Shown piece after piece: positions 51,775-64,000 of a stretch of DNA of 64,000 bases; positions within the stretch are counted from its first letter, which is position 1; each line of letters begins with the position of its first letter. A program made the position numbers and the translations under genes. The notes below the pieces were generated by a model. It saw nothing but the letters and a program-made list of their open reading frames with translations, had not been told where the DNA came from and did no database searches. This DNA is from Marsupella aquatica. Lineage: Eukaryota > Plantae > Marchantiophyta. Location of the stretch: positions 11,401,892-11,465,891 of the forward strand of contig OZ316894.1 of assembly GCA_973895155.1 (NCBI GenBank), read 5' to 3'.

Positions 51775-52051
51775 TGAATTTTTCCTAGGCTTCTATATGG
51801 TGGGACACTCTTTGGCTATCTTGTCTCATTCAATTTGATTGAAATGTATTTATATGTTAATTTGGCCTAGTCCATGCTTCAGCCATGTATTATTTACAAT
51901 TTAGTCATTTTTGGCAACCTCTTTAACTTTTTTAATTTCCTTAGTTCTTATTAGGTCCCCCTATAATTTTTTTTAACATTTTGACGGGCATATTTCCTTA
52001 CTTGCATGAGAAGTTGGACCCTTCAATCAAGCAACTAGTACACTATTCATT
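51775..52051. repeat. Dispersed AT-rich repeat, copy B (inverted relative to 27363-27668)
   Basis: Reverse-complement match to copy A, including GGGACACTCTTTGGCTATCTTGTCTCATTCAATTTGATTGAAATGTAT and the terminal CAACTAGTACACyATTCATTG. Confidence 0.88.
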
Positions 52052-52552
52052 GATGAGTGCACCTTATATTCCATTGGTTATAATATTTACATTGTTCATG
52101 GTTTATTCATGAACAGGTGTCACCGAAAAAAAGGGCCCAAATAGAACAGAAAATTAAAAAAAAAAAAAGTTCAGTAGCTCACGCTCTTTGAATCATAAAG
52201 TGCTGTATTTATACAAATACATTGACTAGTACCTAGAAATTAATGCACATGTAGTATTGTATTTTTCTCACTTTTAAAAAGGTATGTAGTTTTTCATTAA
52301 CTTTCTTATAATCATTCTTTCATACTTGTTTTTCATAAACTAGTGAAATGTAAAATATCTCCGCATTTCAATTCTTTTAGATAAGTCAAAATAGGCATGT
52401 AGTAGGATGAACATGCTATAATAATCAAACATAGGATGTAAAATTGTGATAGTGTTTTGTCTCACCATGCTTCCTTGTATGAGAAACCCATCTGTAAAGT
52501 GGCCACCCTGCATAAACACAACCAGTCTGATACTATTATCATCCCAAAACTA

Positions 52553-52944
52553 AAATCTTGGTACAATTTTTTGTCCTTTTCTCACAAACAAATCTTGGTA
52601 CAAATTTTTGTCCTTTTCTCACAAACAAAACATTCTTTAAAACCCTCTTTTGCTTTTACTCTACATTATTTGTCCGGTTATGGTAAATTGGTCTTTGACT
52701 CTTACAAACGAAAAAAATTTACGGAAAGTACATGATTTATCCAAACAGAAACAAACAAAGTAGAATCAAGGGAAACAAAAGACGTCCAGAGGACAAACAC
52801 TAAAAAGTAGTTCAAGATTTTTAACTTAAACACATCTACAGTAGGTTGCTTGAAGTCTACTTTGGGCCCCCCCTTTCTTCTTCCCTCCCTTGATTATAAA
52901 TCTACTTTGGCCCCCCCCCCCCCTTTCTTCTTCCCTCCCTTGAT
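52553..52944. repeat. Two short tandem duplications
   Basis: AATCTTGGTACAAwTTTTGTCCTTTTCTCACAAACAAA twice at about 52553-52629, and TCTACTTTGG(C)nTTTCTTCTTCCCTCCCTTGATT twice at about 52856-52945. Confidence 0.85.
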
Positions 52945-53079
52945 TGGGTTGCTTTGCCTTTGGGACCCTTGTCTCCATGTTTTGCGTTTTTGCCTTTTGG
53001 GACTTTCATATGTATATTTTTAGGAATCAGTCCTTTTCTCATACAAACGAAAATTTCGTTCTAAGACGAAGGAGGGCCC

Positions 53080-53480
53080 TCTCGCTCACAGCTAAACGAG
53101 AGCAGAAGAAAAAGTGTTTGTCCTAACTCATCTCTCAACACCACGAGAGCAGAAGAAGAAGAATTTATGTTGGTCCCCATTCATCTTTCAACACAGCGAG
53201 AGCAGAAGTAGAATTGTCTCTCTTGGTCCCCATCCATCTCTAGAGAAAGAGCAGACGAAGAATTGCCTCTCTTGGTCCCCATTCATTCCTAAACACAGCG
53301 AGAGCAAAAGAAGAATTGCTTCTGTTGGGCCCCATTCATCTCTCAACACAGCGCAAGCAAAAGGAGAATTGCTTCTCTTGCTCCCCATTCCTCTCCCAAC
53401 CCAGCGGGAGCAGAAGAGGAATTGTTTCCCTTGGTCCCCGTTCATCTCTCAACACAGCGAGAGCAGGAGAACTGGTTCTT
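53080..53480. repeat. 53-bp minisatellite, about 7 diverged units, upstream of the OSC gene
   Basis: GGTCCCCATTCATCTCTCAACACAGCGAGAGCAGAAGAAGAATTG... with units at 53172, 53225, 53274, 53327, 53380 and 53433. Confidence 0.93.
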
Positions 53481-53944
53481 CTCGATGTTTATGGATCGGA
53501 GCTTCCACTTACAAGGCCCTGCTGAGGAACCTAAAGCAATGTAGAGTGAAGAAGTACATTCGATGACACGGAGTCTGCGTGAGACGGCGTGCCACGACCT
53601 TGGAGCTTCGTTTTGGCAGGCCCATGATCTTTGATACCCAACTCCAAGGTAGACAATTTCCTGATCCAGGTGAGTAGACAAAAATTTTAAATGATGTATC
53701 GTACATTGAGTGATTCACACTGAGAACTTCTGTAATGTCTCCCAGAGGAAGCCGTAGCATGTGCTAAAGGCTGCAATGCGTTCTTCTTGGGCTAATGCCG
53801 AGCGACTGACTGAAACTGAGCTTCGGCGGTGCTAGCTGCAGCTTCATGTTTAGCAATTGAGGTGTGAAAGCGGAGTAGGCGCGATAATTCATCGGCCGAT
53901 CGACCAACTTGGTTGCCGCGAAGGAGGACGGATAACGGGGCGCT

Positions 53945-56900
53945 ATGTGGACTTTAAAAATCGCAGAGGGAGGGGGGAAATGGCTGCGAACGACGAACGG
54001 GTATGTGGGTCGGCAAGTGTGGGAGTACGAAGATGAGGCCGGCACCCTTGCAGACAGTGCTAGGTTAGACGAGGCGCGTGCCATGTTCACTAAGACTCGC
54101 CATGAGCAACGCCACAGTGCCGACATTCCCATGCGGCTGCAAGTACGTACACTTCGAACCCAACAACCCAACCAATTTCATGAATCGTCCTTGACCTCGA
54201 TGACATGGGAAGCAGATCATCTCGTAAATCCTCCAAGCTTTAATGTCCTGAATGGGAGAAGTTTGATCCCATTCGCCCTCCTGGAGCTTGCTCTTCTTCA
54301 TGACATAAGACTGAGGGTTCTTATCACGTTATTCTTCTTGATGAAATGGGGGAAAACTTATCGCACAACCCCTCTTAGATCTTGGGTTGTTCTTGACGAA
54401 ATTTGGGGGGCATCGTAGCTCATAACTCCTTTCAGAGCTCATTAGTCATGATGAAATGGAACGAGCTATAAGATCAAACATTGAATTTTTAAATCTCAAT
54501 AGAGATTCTGTTCTGCGTTTGTATCCTCTTGTCCGGCTGAAAACTCATTTCGTACCTGGGTCATGTTTGGATTCAGTTTGCGAAGAAAAATCCTTTGCCA
54601 CCTTTACCTGCTCAAGTGGAAGTAAGTGTCCCTGAGGACTTGACAAATGCAGCTGTGGAAACCACGTTGACGCGAGCCGTCAGATTTTATTCGACAATTC
54701 AGGCCGATGATGGACATTGGCCAGGTGATTATGGGGGACCAATGTTTCTCTTGCCAGGACTGGTAAGACGTCTGTTGATGACAAGAAAATTTTCAGTTTG
54801 TGTATGCATGGAGTGGCCTTTCTACCGACTGATCAGCATTTCGAGAATTACGTCAGCTGCTCCCATATCCACTTCTTAACTGTGCTGACGCTTCGTTCGC
54901 ATTCTGGGCTGTGAGTCCTTGTTCGACACTTCTTTCACCACTGCGTCTGTTACAGGTCATTACCCTTTATGTCACTGGAGCATTGGATGAGACCTTACCT
55001 GAACCACACCGACGCGAAATACGACGATATCTGTGCAACCATCAGGTGTTGTTCCGACTTTCAGAAATTTCTTGCAATTTCTAGCTGACTCGTGACACAT
55101 TTAAGATAAGAAACGTCGTGAAGTAATGTGAGCAAGTTTCAAGCTCGACTGATTTCTCTGCAAAGAACTGTCCATCGCAAGTAGAATCTAGCCAGGTTGC
55201 AGAATCAAGTGAATAACGTGGTTATAATTTAATGCAGAACTCGGATGGAGGATGGGGTTTACATATCGAAGGACACAGTACGATGTTTGGCTCAGCTCTC
55301 ACTTACGTGACTCTTAGACTGCTAGGAGATGGTCGTGGATTCGATGTCAGATATCAAGAGGCACTTGAACGTGGAAGAGATTGGATTTTGCTGCACGGAG
55401 GAGCTACAGGAATAACTTCATGGGGAAAGTTTTGGCTTTCGGTGATTACTCCTCCTTGTGAAGAATATCTACGTCAGTCCCCTTCTGTATTTTCCTTAGC
55501 CAATAGACCTCTTGTGCATCCTTTGCAGTTGTTTTGCTTTCCAGCTCTACTAAGGTGTGTGCTGGACAGGTTTTGGGAGTGTTTGAATGGTCTGGCAACA
55601 ATCCATTGCCCCCAGAAATGTGGTTATTGCCTTACGTCCTACCTGTGCAGCCAGGTGAGTCGTTTCTATTTTTGCATTTCGTTAATTCTCTGAACATATT
55701 TCGTCTTGGGCACAGGCATTTTGTCAATCTTCGTCTTGTGTCCTTAAGGGAAAGGCTGACTTGCTGCAGGTCGGATGTGGTGCCATTGTCGTATGGTATA
55801 TCTACCCATGAGCTATGTCTATGGACGGAGATTCACTGGAGAATTGACGTCTTTGGTTAAGGATATCAGAAAGGAAATATTTTGTCAAAAATACAGTAAC
55901 ATCGACTGGAATAGAGCCCGAAATGAATGTTGCAAGGTGCGTTGATGACTACGCATCTGAATATTGGAATTCCGGAAGTTTTCGAGGAAGGATTTTTGTA
56001 AACATAGAATAAGCTTTAATGTGTTCTTAGTGTTAGGTGCTAGTTATAGCAGAATCGAATTTCCGATAGAAAGTTGTGGCTGGTATAGATGGCAACTTTT
56101 AATCTTTGCTTTCTTGTCTTGGAATATTGTAGTTTCAGTTTCTAATTCCCTTCATGGCCGCTGGATTGCATTCTAACTTCTTGCGACTTGGTTCAGGAGG
56201 ACCTGTACTATCCTCATTCTAAGCTGCAAGATATTCTGTGGGGAACGCTGTATAAAGTGGGTGAGCCTGTGCTGCAAAGCTGGCCAGGAACCAAACTTAG
56301 AGAAAAAGCTTTGGGTGAAGCAATCAAGCACATACACTATGAGGATGAGAGTACCCGTTACCTTGATATTGGACCTGTGAACAAGGTTCTCGGCCCCTTC
56401 TTTATCTATATTCTCTTACAGAGCCAGCAATTGACCTCCTGTTGTGCTAAGAAGAAGCTTCGCATCCTCGAAGAATTTTTCTTGTCATCAAAATTCCAAA
56501 AACTCATCATCAACCTATTGTTGCAGCGCTCTCACTTTCTAATTGGTTCAAGTCCTGGGATTTCTGATGTGGTCAGGCTGTGGGTTGGTGCAGTCTCTGA
56601 ACATGTTGGCATGCTGGGTGGAAAATCCGCATTCAGATGCCTTCCAAAAACATCTGGCAAGAGTGAAAGACTATCTATGGCTTGCTGAAGATGGCTTGAA
56701 AATGCAGGTACGTCTACATACCACAACAACAGGAAGATACCAGGAGCCTGAGTCTCTGAAAGTTTTTGACTGTCGCGGAATCTTTGCTACTTTTCCAATA
56801 CATGCTTCAAAGATCTAAGTCGCGCCATTCCTAACTTTCAACAAATGTCAATTCGTAAAGATTGTAGTTGTCATGTTTGTCTTACCCCGTGAATCCGTGT

Positions 56901-59900
56901 AACTGCAGGGATATAATGGTAGTCAACTGTGGGACACGGCTTTTGCGATTCAAGCCCTAGCCTCCACAGGATTGCCAAAGGAAACGAGCTCTACGTTGAA
57001 GAAGGCCCATTTTTACCTTGACCAGACACAGGTGTCCTCGTAGTAGTAACTCTTGAAGGTTGGGTCATATTGTAGATCGTGAGGATAGAAGTGCATTATT
57101 AAAAGTTGGATAGGTTACCGTGACGCCAAGATGTTTCCTGATCTTTCTGAAACTTCCCCGAGGATCTGCAAAATTGTTTCTGGCAGAAAAACTGAACAGA
57201 CCTTTCTCATTCCCTTCCGACCGTGGAAAGGTAGGTAGCAGAGGACTCTAGGAGATGGCCATATCTGTTAAGACTTGGCCCTGTGAAATTGTAATAATCA
57301 TGCTTAGTCTTATAGGAAGTACTAATTGCCGCTTGTGAATTTTCTGTCTGCTTCAAGGTACAAGAAGACAGCCCAGGCATCTTGACTCATTGGTATAGGC
57401 ATATTTCAAAAGGTGCTTGGCCTTTCTCTTCAAGAGATCATGGATGGCCAATTTCAGACTGCACATCTGAAGCCTTGAAGGTACACCTCTGCCAGCGAGA
57501 CCTCCTGTCCGGAACCTTTTGTTGAAATCTGGAATTGTCCTGCTTTTCAAAATTGCAAAACTAATGTATCTCAGTGCAGGCTGAACTGATTCTCTCAAGT
57601 TTTCCAAGCGATCTTGTTGGGGAGCCCATTCCAGATGAGAGACTGTTCGATTGCGTGAATGTTATTCTATCTTACCAAGTATGAGCTCCTACTTCAACAA
57701 TCATGTCATGATTTAAGTAAATGATATTCTAAACAATCAAAAGAATCCATGGCAGTCGACGAAAGCATTTGAACTGTTTAAGGATGGAGCATATGGGTAG
57801 TCACGGGGGAAAAAAGTCACGTTCATTCCTCAAAAACCACGTCGAAGAGAATTTTGTGTTTTCGTCCTGCTGGACCCTTTTTAAGGTATTGTCTTGCATG
57901 GTTTCGGCTAGACAGATGTGGACCCTAATTGAAGCTATTCGGGGTGCATTTACAGAACAAAGATGGTGGATGTGCAACTTATGAGAGCACTCGTTCTTAT
58001 CCTTGGCTTGAGGTGAGCAAGCAGTACCTCAATCATCCACTAGCAAGGAATGTTTCGGGAAAATTTCTAAGCATTAAAGTCACAAGTGCCACTACTGTAG
58101 GGTTTTAGACTTGATTTTTTACATTATTGCTGCAGGATTGGTGTTTCTTATTTAACCGGGGTTTAAATGACGGCTTCTTTGCCTCATCATCTGTTTAATA
58201 AAATTCAAACGTGCACTAGTACAACTATCGAGAACACAATATCGTTAAGTGGTTGAGAAATGGTTGTAAAAGGGAAGTGAAGGTCACATGAAGGGGTTGC
58301 AAGACGCGAGATGTGGAATCTGATCTTTGACTTGCTTCCCTTCTTTGTCCTAGGTCCCATTCTGTTCAGGCTTGGGTTAACGGAATATTGCTTTGTCAGG
58401 CAAACACTAACTAACAAACTGTTGGCAATAATGTGATCCAGTACATAAACCCCTCAGAGTGTTTCAGCGACATAATGATTGACTACTCGTGAGTATCTGG
58501 GTTCTTTTCCTTAAGAATAATTCAGTGCGTGAGAGTTGGGCAGGCCCACTCAAATGATTTCACCTGCAAAACTGCGTTCATTGTAAAGAGAAACTTCATC
58601 AGTGGGCGTTTTCTTAATGGGTATGATATCTATATAATTTTGCTAATCAGGGAATGAAATGGCGTTTCCAGGTGGGTGGAATGCACATCAGCCTGTCTTA
58701 CGGCATTGGCAGCTTTCCGCAAAAAGTATCCAACCCATCGTACATCCGAAGTCTCAACATATATCGCTCGTGCAAGGAACTTTATTAACAATGTCCAAGC
58801 TCCAGATGGATCATGGTGCGAAATCCTTCTTTTCGTGGCATCATTCTTCCATTTAACCTCTATCAGCAAACATGTATTCAGGGTCTAAGACTTTTTTTTT
58901 TTAAGTGACAGCGATTGTGATTTTAAACACCCAAAAACAAGTGAAAGTGTTATGAGCTTTAATGATTCATAGGAAACTTCCGGTGTTTTGTAATCACCCC
59001 TGTGGCTTCTCTATCCACCTGAAATGCTCCAGGCTCAATTCAGTGGATTGCAAAATCAAATTTACCTCTAGGACTTCGAAAGGCAGAAGGGAATTATGTT
59101 CATAATGCAGTATCTTAATCGCAACCTGGATCTTGCATCTGAAAGTGTAATGCTTACCAAACATCGCTAGCCTCAGTGCGCACCTGAAAGCACGGGATTT
59201 CTGAAGAGACTTACATCTACAATGTTTTATACCCTAGGGATTGAAAGAAGCGTAATCACGGCTTATACTTGTCTGCCATAATGAAAAGTCTGCATGGTGC
59301 TGATTTCAGGTATGGCAACTGGGGCGTGTGCTACCTATATGGCACTTGGTTTGGAGTGCTGGGTCTGATCGCTGCTGGCGAAACCTACTCATCCTCAAGT
59401 GCCATTCGGAAGGCTTGTGATTTCCTACTCGAGAAGCAGGAACAAGGAGGTGGCTGGGGGGAAAGTTATTTGTCGTGCCAGGACACGGTATGTCGCACTA
59501 TCTCCTTGATAATGAGATGCTCTTGCTAATCCTTCGGTGATAGAATGCAATGCGATGTGATGACTGAGAGGGATGGCATTTTACAGGCTTATACGTCGTT
59601 GGAAGGAGGCAAGGCCCACGTGGTGGGTACCTCATGGGCACTCCTGGTTTTAATAGCTGCTGGCCAGGTGAAGTCTAAGTGCTTAAGTGAACCATTAGAG
59701 ATGTGGGACTTTGTTTCAGTCATAGTTTCTGTTGATGTCAGCACTAAGCCTAGCAAGAACGTCATTGTGTGGTCAATCTGATATGAATTCCTCACCTGAG
59801 GCAATCTTTCAATATACATTCAAGTTCCTCCAAGTTACTCATAGCTTGTGAGATTCGTTTAAACAGGCTGACAGAGATCCAGAGCCTCTTCACAGAGGAG

Positions 59901-60299
59901 CAACTGTCCTCATCAATTCCCAATTTGAAAATGGGGATTTTCCACAGCAGGTAAACATGCTTACACAGCTTTATGTCATTCTTATGGCTACGTTTGTACA
60001 GTCTCGCCATGTCATGTAGCGTGCCTGAAGATATGTTAAGCTGGACTTAACTATATGAGCTTAACTTAACTAATCCAGAGCCTCTTTCACAAAGAAGAGG
60101 TCTCCAAGTAGAAGCTAGTAAACCCTAAACCCTCCATTTCTTTCTGCTTTCGTAGATTTCTTATGGTCTGACCTGTTATGTCCAGGAAATCACTGGTGTT
60201 TTCAACAAGAACTGCATGATCTCTTATTCAGCATATCGAAACATCTTTCCAATATGGGCACTGGGAGAGTACCGCTCGACAGTCTTAACCCTTGAGTAG
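53945..60299 (+). CDS. 2,3-oxidosqualene cyclase, cycloartenol-synthase-like; 18 exons
   Basis: Motifs: [86 protein letters not shown] repeats ([11 protein letters not shown]), [35 protein letters not shown]. Approximate exons: 53945-54142, 54577-54762, 54956-55045, 55238-55441, 55570-55654, 55770-55936, 56197-56385, 56593-56707, 56909-57031, 57358-57480, 57580-57678, 57955-58011, 58442-58488, 58672-58814, 59310-59487, 59587-59667, 59867-59950, 60186-60299. Confidence 0.95.
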
Positions 60300-61210
60300 T
60301 ATAAACTGCAGCTAGGAGTACTTAAACCACCACGGACACTTTGTAGAAGGGAAGTGTCCAAAAGTTCTCAATTTTTTCAAATTCGAGTCACTGCCCCGAC
60401 TACAGTAGACTATGCCAGCCTCCTCCATGATTTCAGGACAATTTTCCTTTAAATCACAATGCATCTATAAGAGCTCCGGAATAGAGCTCCGGGTAACCCT
60501 GACCTCTCATTATAAAGTGCACAGGGTCAGTTTCACTAGGAATGGGCTTGAGCTCCACCTCTTGTGATGAGTGCTACACCTTTTATGGTGAGTACACTAT
60601 TCACCACAAGACAGGAATGAGCACTAACGAGGCAGGGAATGGGGCAGGTTTGAAGGTTATGTACTATTTAGATTTTGCATTTGGCACCCTTCTGAATGTT
60701 CTTTATCTTTGCTATCCTAGAGAGAGAGATATGCTTGTAGACGGCCTTCTGGAAAAGTTTGCTTAATTAACACTCTCGATACTTTTCCCCAATCTGGACC
60801 TTTGATGGACCTTTCTATCTCAGATCTGGACCGTTGATAGACCTCAGGGGGTCGATCAAGTAACAAGTTTCATTTTGGGGGTCATCAAGAAAATACCTCT
60901 CCTAGAGAACTTCCTTCCTACTCATTTTAGATTTCGATCTTGAGCATCCAATCAATCCTGTTAACAATTTCAGGAATAACTATCACTAGAGACAGCATCT
61001 CTCTCCTCTGAGTGAGAGAAAGAAAAGATTTAAAACAACTTTTGACACCTCTTGTTGTAACTTCTCTTCTCATGGTTTTGAGTGATAATGGCATTACCTT
61101 AAGTAAGGAGGATCTCTACCTTATGTGCACACAAATTTTTCGTACCAGTATGTCATAGACTTGTGCCTTTCCTGGTCATTATGTGAAATATAGTCTCCTT
61201 TCATGTGCTG

Positions 61211-61472
61211 CACTTCTACTCTTGTATTTTATCTCACTCAATTTTAACATATATTATGCATTAACAAGAGAAATTGGATAACCTATACGTCATTATAATA
61301 CAGAAAAATGAAACCTGTATGAGCATGCTATAATCCCTTCATATCACACTTTTACTCTTGCATTTTATTTCACTCAGTGACATATATTATGTGTTACTAA
61401 AATAAATTAATCACCTACACATCAATACAAGACCAAAAAAATGAAACATGTTCCCATATGAGCATGCCATAT
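61211..61472. repeat. Diverged tandem dimer, about 137-bp spacing
   Basis: CACTTyTACTCTTGyATTTTATyTCACTCA...ACATATATTATG...AAAAATGAAAC...TATGAGCATGC occurs twice. Confidence 0.75.
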
Positions 61473-62186
61473 ATCTGCATACTTCATACTGCAGGGTCCA
61501 TCTGACACAATCTGATGGTTCGTCTTATATCTAGGGAGATTTAATGGGCTTTGAATCAACATACCCTATTCTTAGGATCTCCTGCCCAACACAAGGTACC
61601 AATTATCCACAAGCAACTTTGTAAAAGCCATAAAGATTACTCTGTTTCAAATTCCCCAAATGGTCTTTGTACCCAAATAAATATTGTTTCCAGACCTCCA
61701 CTTTTGGTTGATTTTGTGGCACCAAAACTTCTGCCTTGCATAGCAAAGCCATATCAACATCTGAGAATGCAACAGTTGTTTGCATCTAGTGTGCTCTGGA
61801 AATGCCTTCTATGGGAGCGGAGGAGAGCAAATGGGAGAAGGGAATAGAAAGGAAGAGGGATGTTATATCATAGAAAGAGAGAAAGTGTTACAAGAGTGTG
61901 TTTGGGTGGAACCTTTTTGGCCCATCCCTCTTACCATGGTACATCTGGTCTACATGCATTGGTCTCTCCTATGGACCTGTCTTTTTTCTTTTGTTGTAAG
62001 GTTTGAGTAGTTGCTGGCTGCTTCCAGGCACTCCTTCTTGACCCAAGTATATTCTTGACCTGCACACCCACCAATGGAACTTCGAATCCCTATGTATCCA
62101 ATGTGTATTGAGAAAAATAAGAAGTCTAGGACAATATGTAAAATAAACACCCTCTTATGTCCTAAAAAGAACTTCTCCCAGTTCAA

Positions 62187-62372
62187 ATGAGATCAAACTT
62201 CTCCCAATTCAAATAAGCTCTTGAAGTGGAGTATTTATGGATACTTCTTCCAATATCCTCAAAAACAAGTAAGTTTTACAAGGGCTAATGAGATCAAACT
62301 TTTCCTAATTCAGATAAACTCTTGAAATGGAGGATTATGAGGTAAACTTCTTCCAAAGTCATCAAGAACAAG
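62187..62372. repeat. Diverged tandem dimer, 100-bp spacing
   Basis: AATGAGATCAAACTTyTCCyAATTCArATAArCTCTTGAArTGGAG...ACTTCTTCCAA occurs twice. Confidence 0.8.
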
Positions 62373-63215
62373 ATCCAGGATAATGCAACAATTTTTGAAA
62401 CCATCACCTTGCACGGACAGGGTCAAGATGCTTTATGGGATTCTATTTTGGGGTGTTGGTTTTGACGTGTACACACCAGCAGCCAGAGCCATGAGAATGT
62501 CCACACTGTGGAGTTACTCACGTGACTCTATGCGAAACAGGGCACATGCCTTGTATATGGCAACACATACTGTCTGCATGTGTGCGTCATTTGAACCCTA
62601 GTATAGCTTGATTTTGAATATGGATCTTTGGAGGAAGTGAAATAGTTTTGGAGACAACCCAGAAGAATATTACCAGCCTTCTTGAAATTCAGGCAGGGTT
62701 TGATAACCACGTAGTGCCAAATTAACCTGTGTTAACAAAGTCTTGATGACCCAAGAACTCTGGGGCCTCTATGGCTACTAGAGGTAGTATTACAGGACAC
62801 CCATGTTGAATGACTAGTCCTCAGTCAAGATAAACTACTGTTGCTATTAACCATGGTGAAAATAAGGGTACGAGTAAGCTTATAAATCTGAAACTTACTT
62901 TAGTTAACTTTTGGAGTGTGGTCGTAAAACCCAATACTTCATATAATGTGTTAGGGTCTTTGAGGAGCATTTGGCAAGAAGAAAGTTTAAAAGATCATCC
63001 ATGCTCATAAGGTAACTCAATTTAGGAACTCAAAAAGGAAAAATGCCTAGACCAGGGAAGGTTACACCTACTTGCTTAGGTACCAACTGTTTGCCCCCAC
63101 TTCACCTGAAGCCTTCCTACCCAACACAACCATCTCACCACACCTTTTACACACACAGCACTCTCCTAACCCAAACAACCATCAGGGAAACCAATATCAC
63201 CACACCTTCCCCCTC

Positions 63216-63246
<31 letters not shown>

Positions 63247-63599
63247 ACCAACCCCAACAACCGTGTCACCACACCAACTACAATTTGGGTGGAAAATGTC
63301 ACAAGGGCGCCATTGCTGCCAGAGTTCTTGTTCTCAATCCTGTCACAGCCCGCTGAATGTCCACTTACATGCAAACTATCTCATCCCGCTAGGATGTCAT
63401 TAGGTGAAACCAGCACTTCCCATCCACTCCTACATTTCTACCCAACATACTCACCTTAGGTACTCTATGGTGTATTGTTTTCTCCACCATGCCATTTTTG
63501 TCTTTCAGTGCATTCTCTTCACCTTCCACTTGCCAAAATGGCTGTATCTCATACCCTCCCCCTCAGTATCAACCTGTCTCAAGCCCACTGTTGTCTCAC

Positions 63600-63750
63600 C
63601 CTGAAACTTTCATCACCCCAAAGTGGTCTAGAGGTATCACATTGGACACCCTGAAATTTGCAAGCACCCCAGAGTGGTCTCGAGGTATCACGCTGGACAC
63701 CCAGAAACTTGCAAGCACCCCAGAGTGGTCTAGAGGTATCACGCTGGACA
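63600..63750. repeat. 51-bp minisatellite, about 3 units
   Basis: CACCCCAGAGTGGTCTAGAGGTATCACGCTGGACACCCAGAAACTTGCAAG at 63614, 63665 and 63716. Confidence 0.92.
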
Positions 63751-64000
63751 GTAGGCTCAAGGCTGCAGCTCTATGTGAATAGTTAGTTAGGTTGATGAAT
63801 GTGATAGAAACTGAATTTTCAGGAGTTGTATGCTTTTGGGTCCACTCAAATGAGACTGGCATTTTAATGTACCTCAATGATTCATTACTATTGCATCAAG
63901 GTAGGGGTGGAGAAATATCGTCCTAGATATAGGATCTCATGGAAACTTGTTCTACTGTGGAGGTACAATTCTTTGGCCAATTGATATGGTACAACACAAA

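Noticed and set aside
2503-60299. Triterpene biosynthetic gene cluster (OSC + GST + transporter)
   Set aside because: No P450, glycosyltransferase or acyltransferase in the window, and the neighbouring genes have unrelated functions. Sequence beyond 64 kb cannot be assessed.

Overview
Eukaryotic nuclear DNA from a land plant. The divergent protein sequences and transposon content suggest a non-seed plant such as a bryophyte, but this is inference only. I read four intact-looking spliced genes by hand: a TCHQD-class glutathione transferase (+, 2503-4704, 3 exons), a Yellow-Stripe-Like/OPT metal-chelate transporter (+, 29304-33367, 6 exons), a plastid-type HSP90 (-, 38463-45095) and an 18-exon oxidosqualene cyclase with cycloartenol-synthase signature residues (+, 53945-60299). 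The intergenic DNA is dominated by mobile and repeated sequence: a 57/62-bp tandem array with a solo LTR inserted in it; a decayed, near full-length non-LTR retrotransposon with a restriction-like endonuclease (CRE-like), plus a 3' fragment of a second such family; a full-length but dead Ty1/copia element whose gag is interrupted by a 1.35-kb insertion; a 3.4-kb solo-LTR-like element; foldback MITEs; and several minisatellites. I found no CRISPR array, rRNA, tRNA or convincingly new multi-gene system. The best leads are the CRE-like elements, the oddly bounded nested insertion, the in-frame gag/pol stop and the altered active-site motifs in the GST and OSC. All coordinates were counted by eye and may be off by a few bases.
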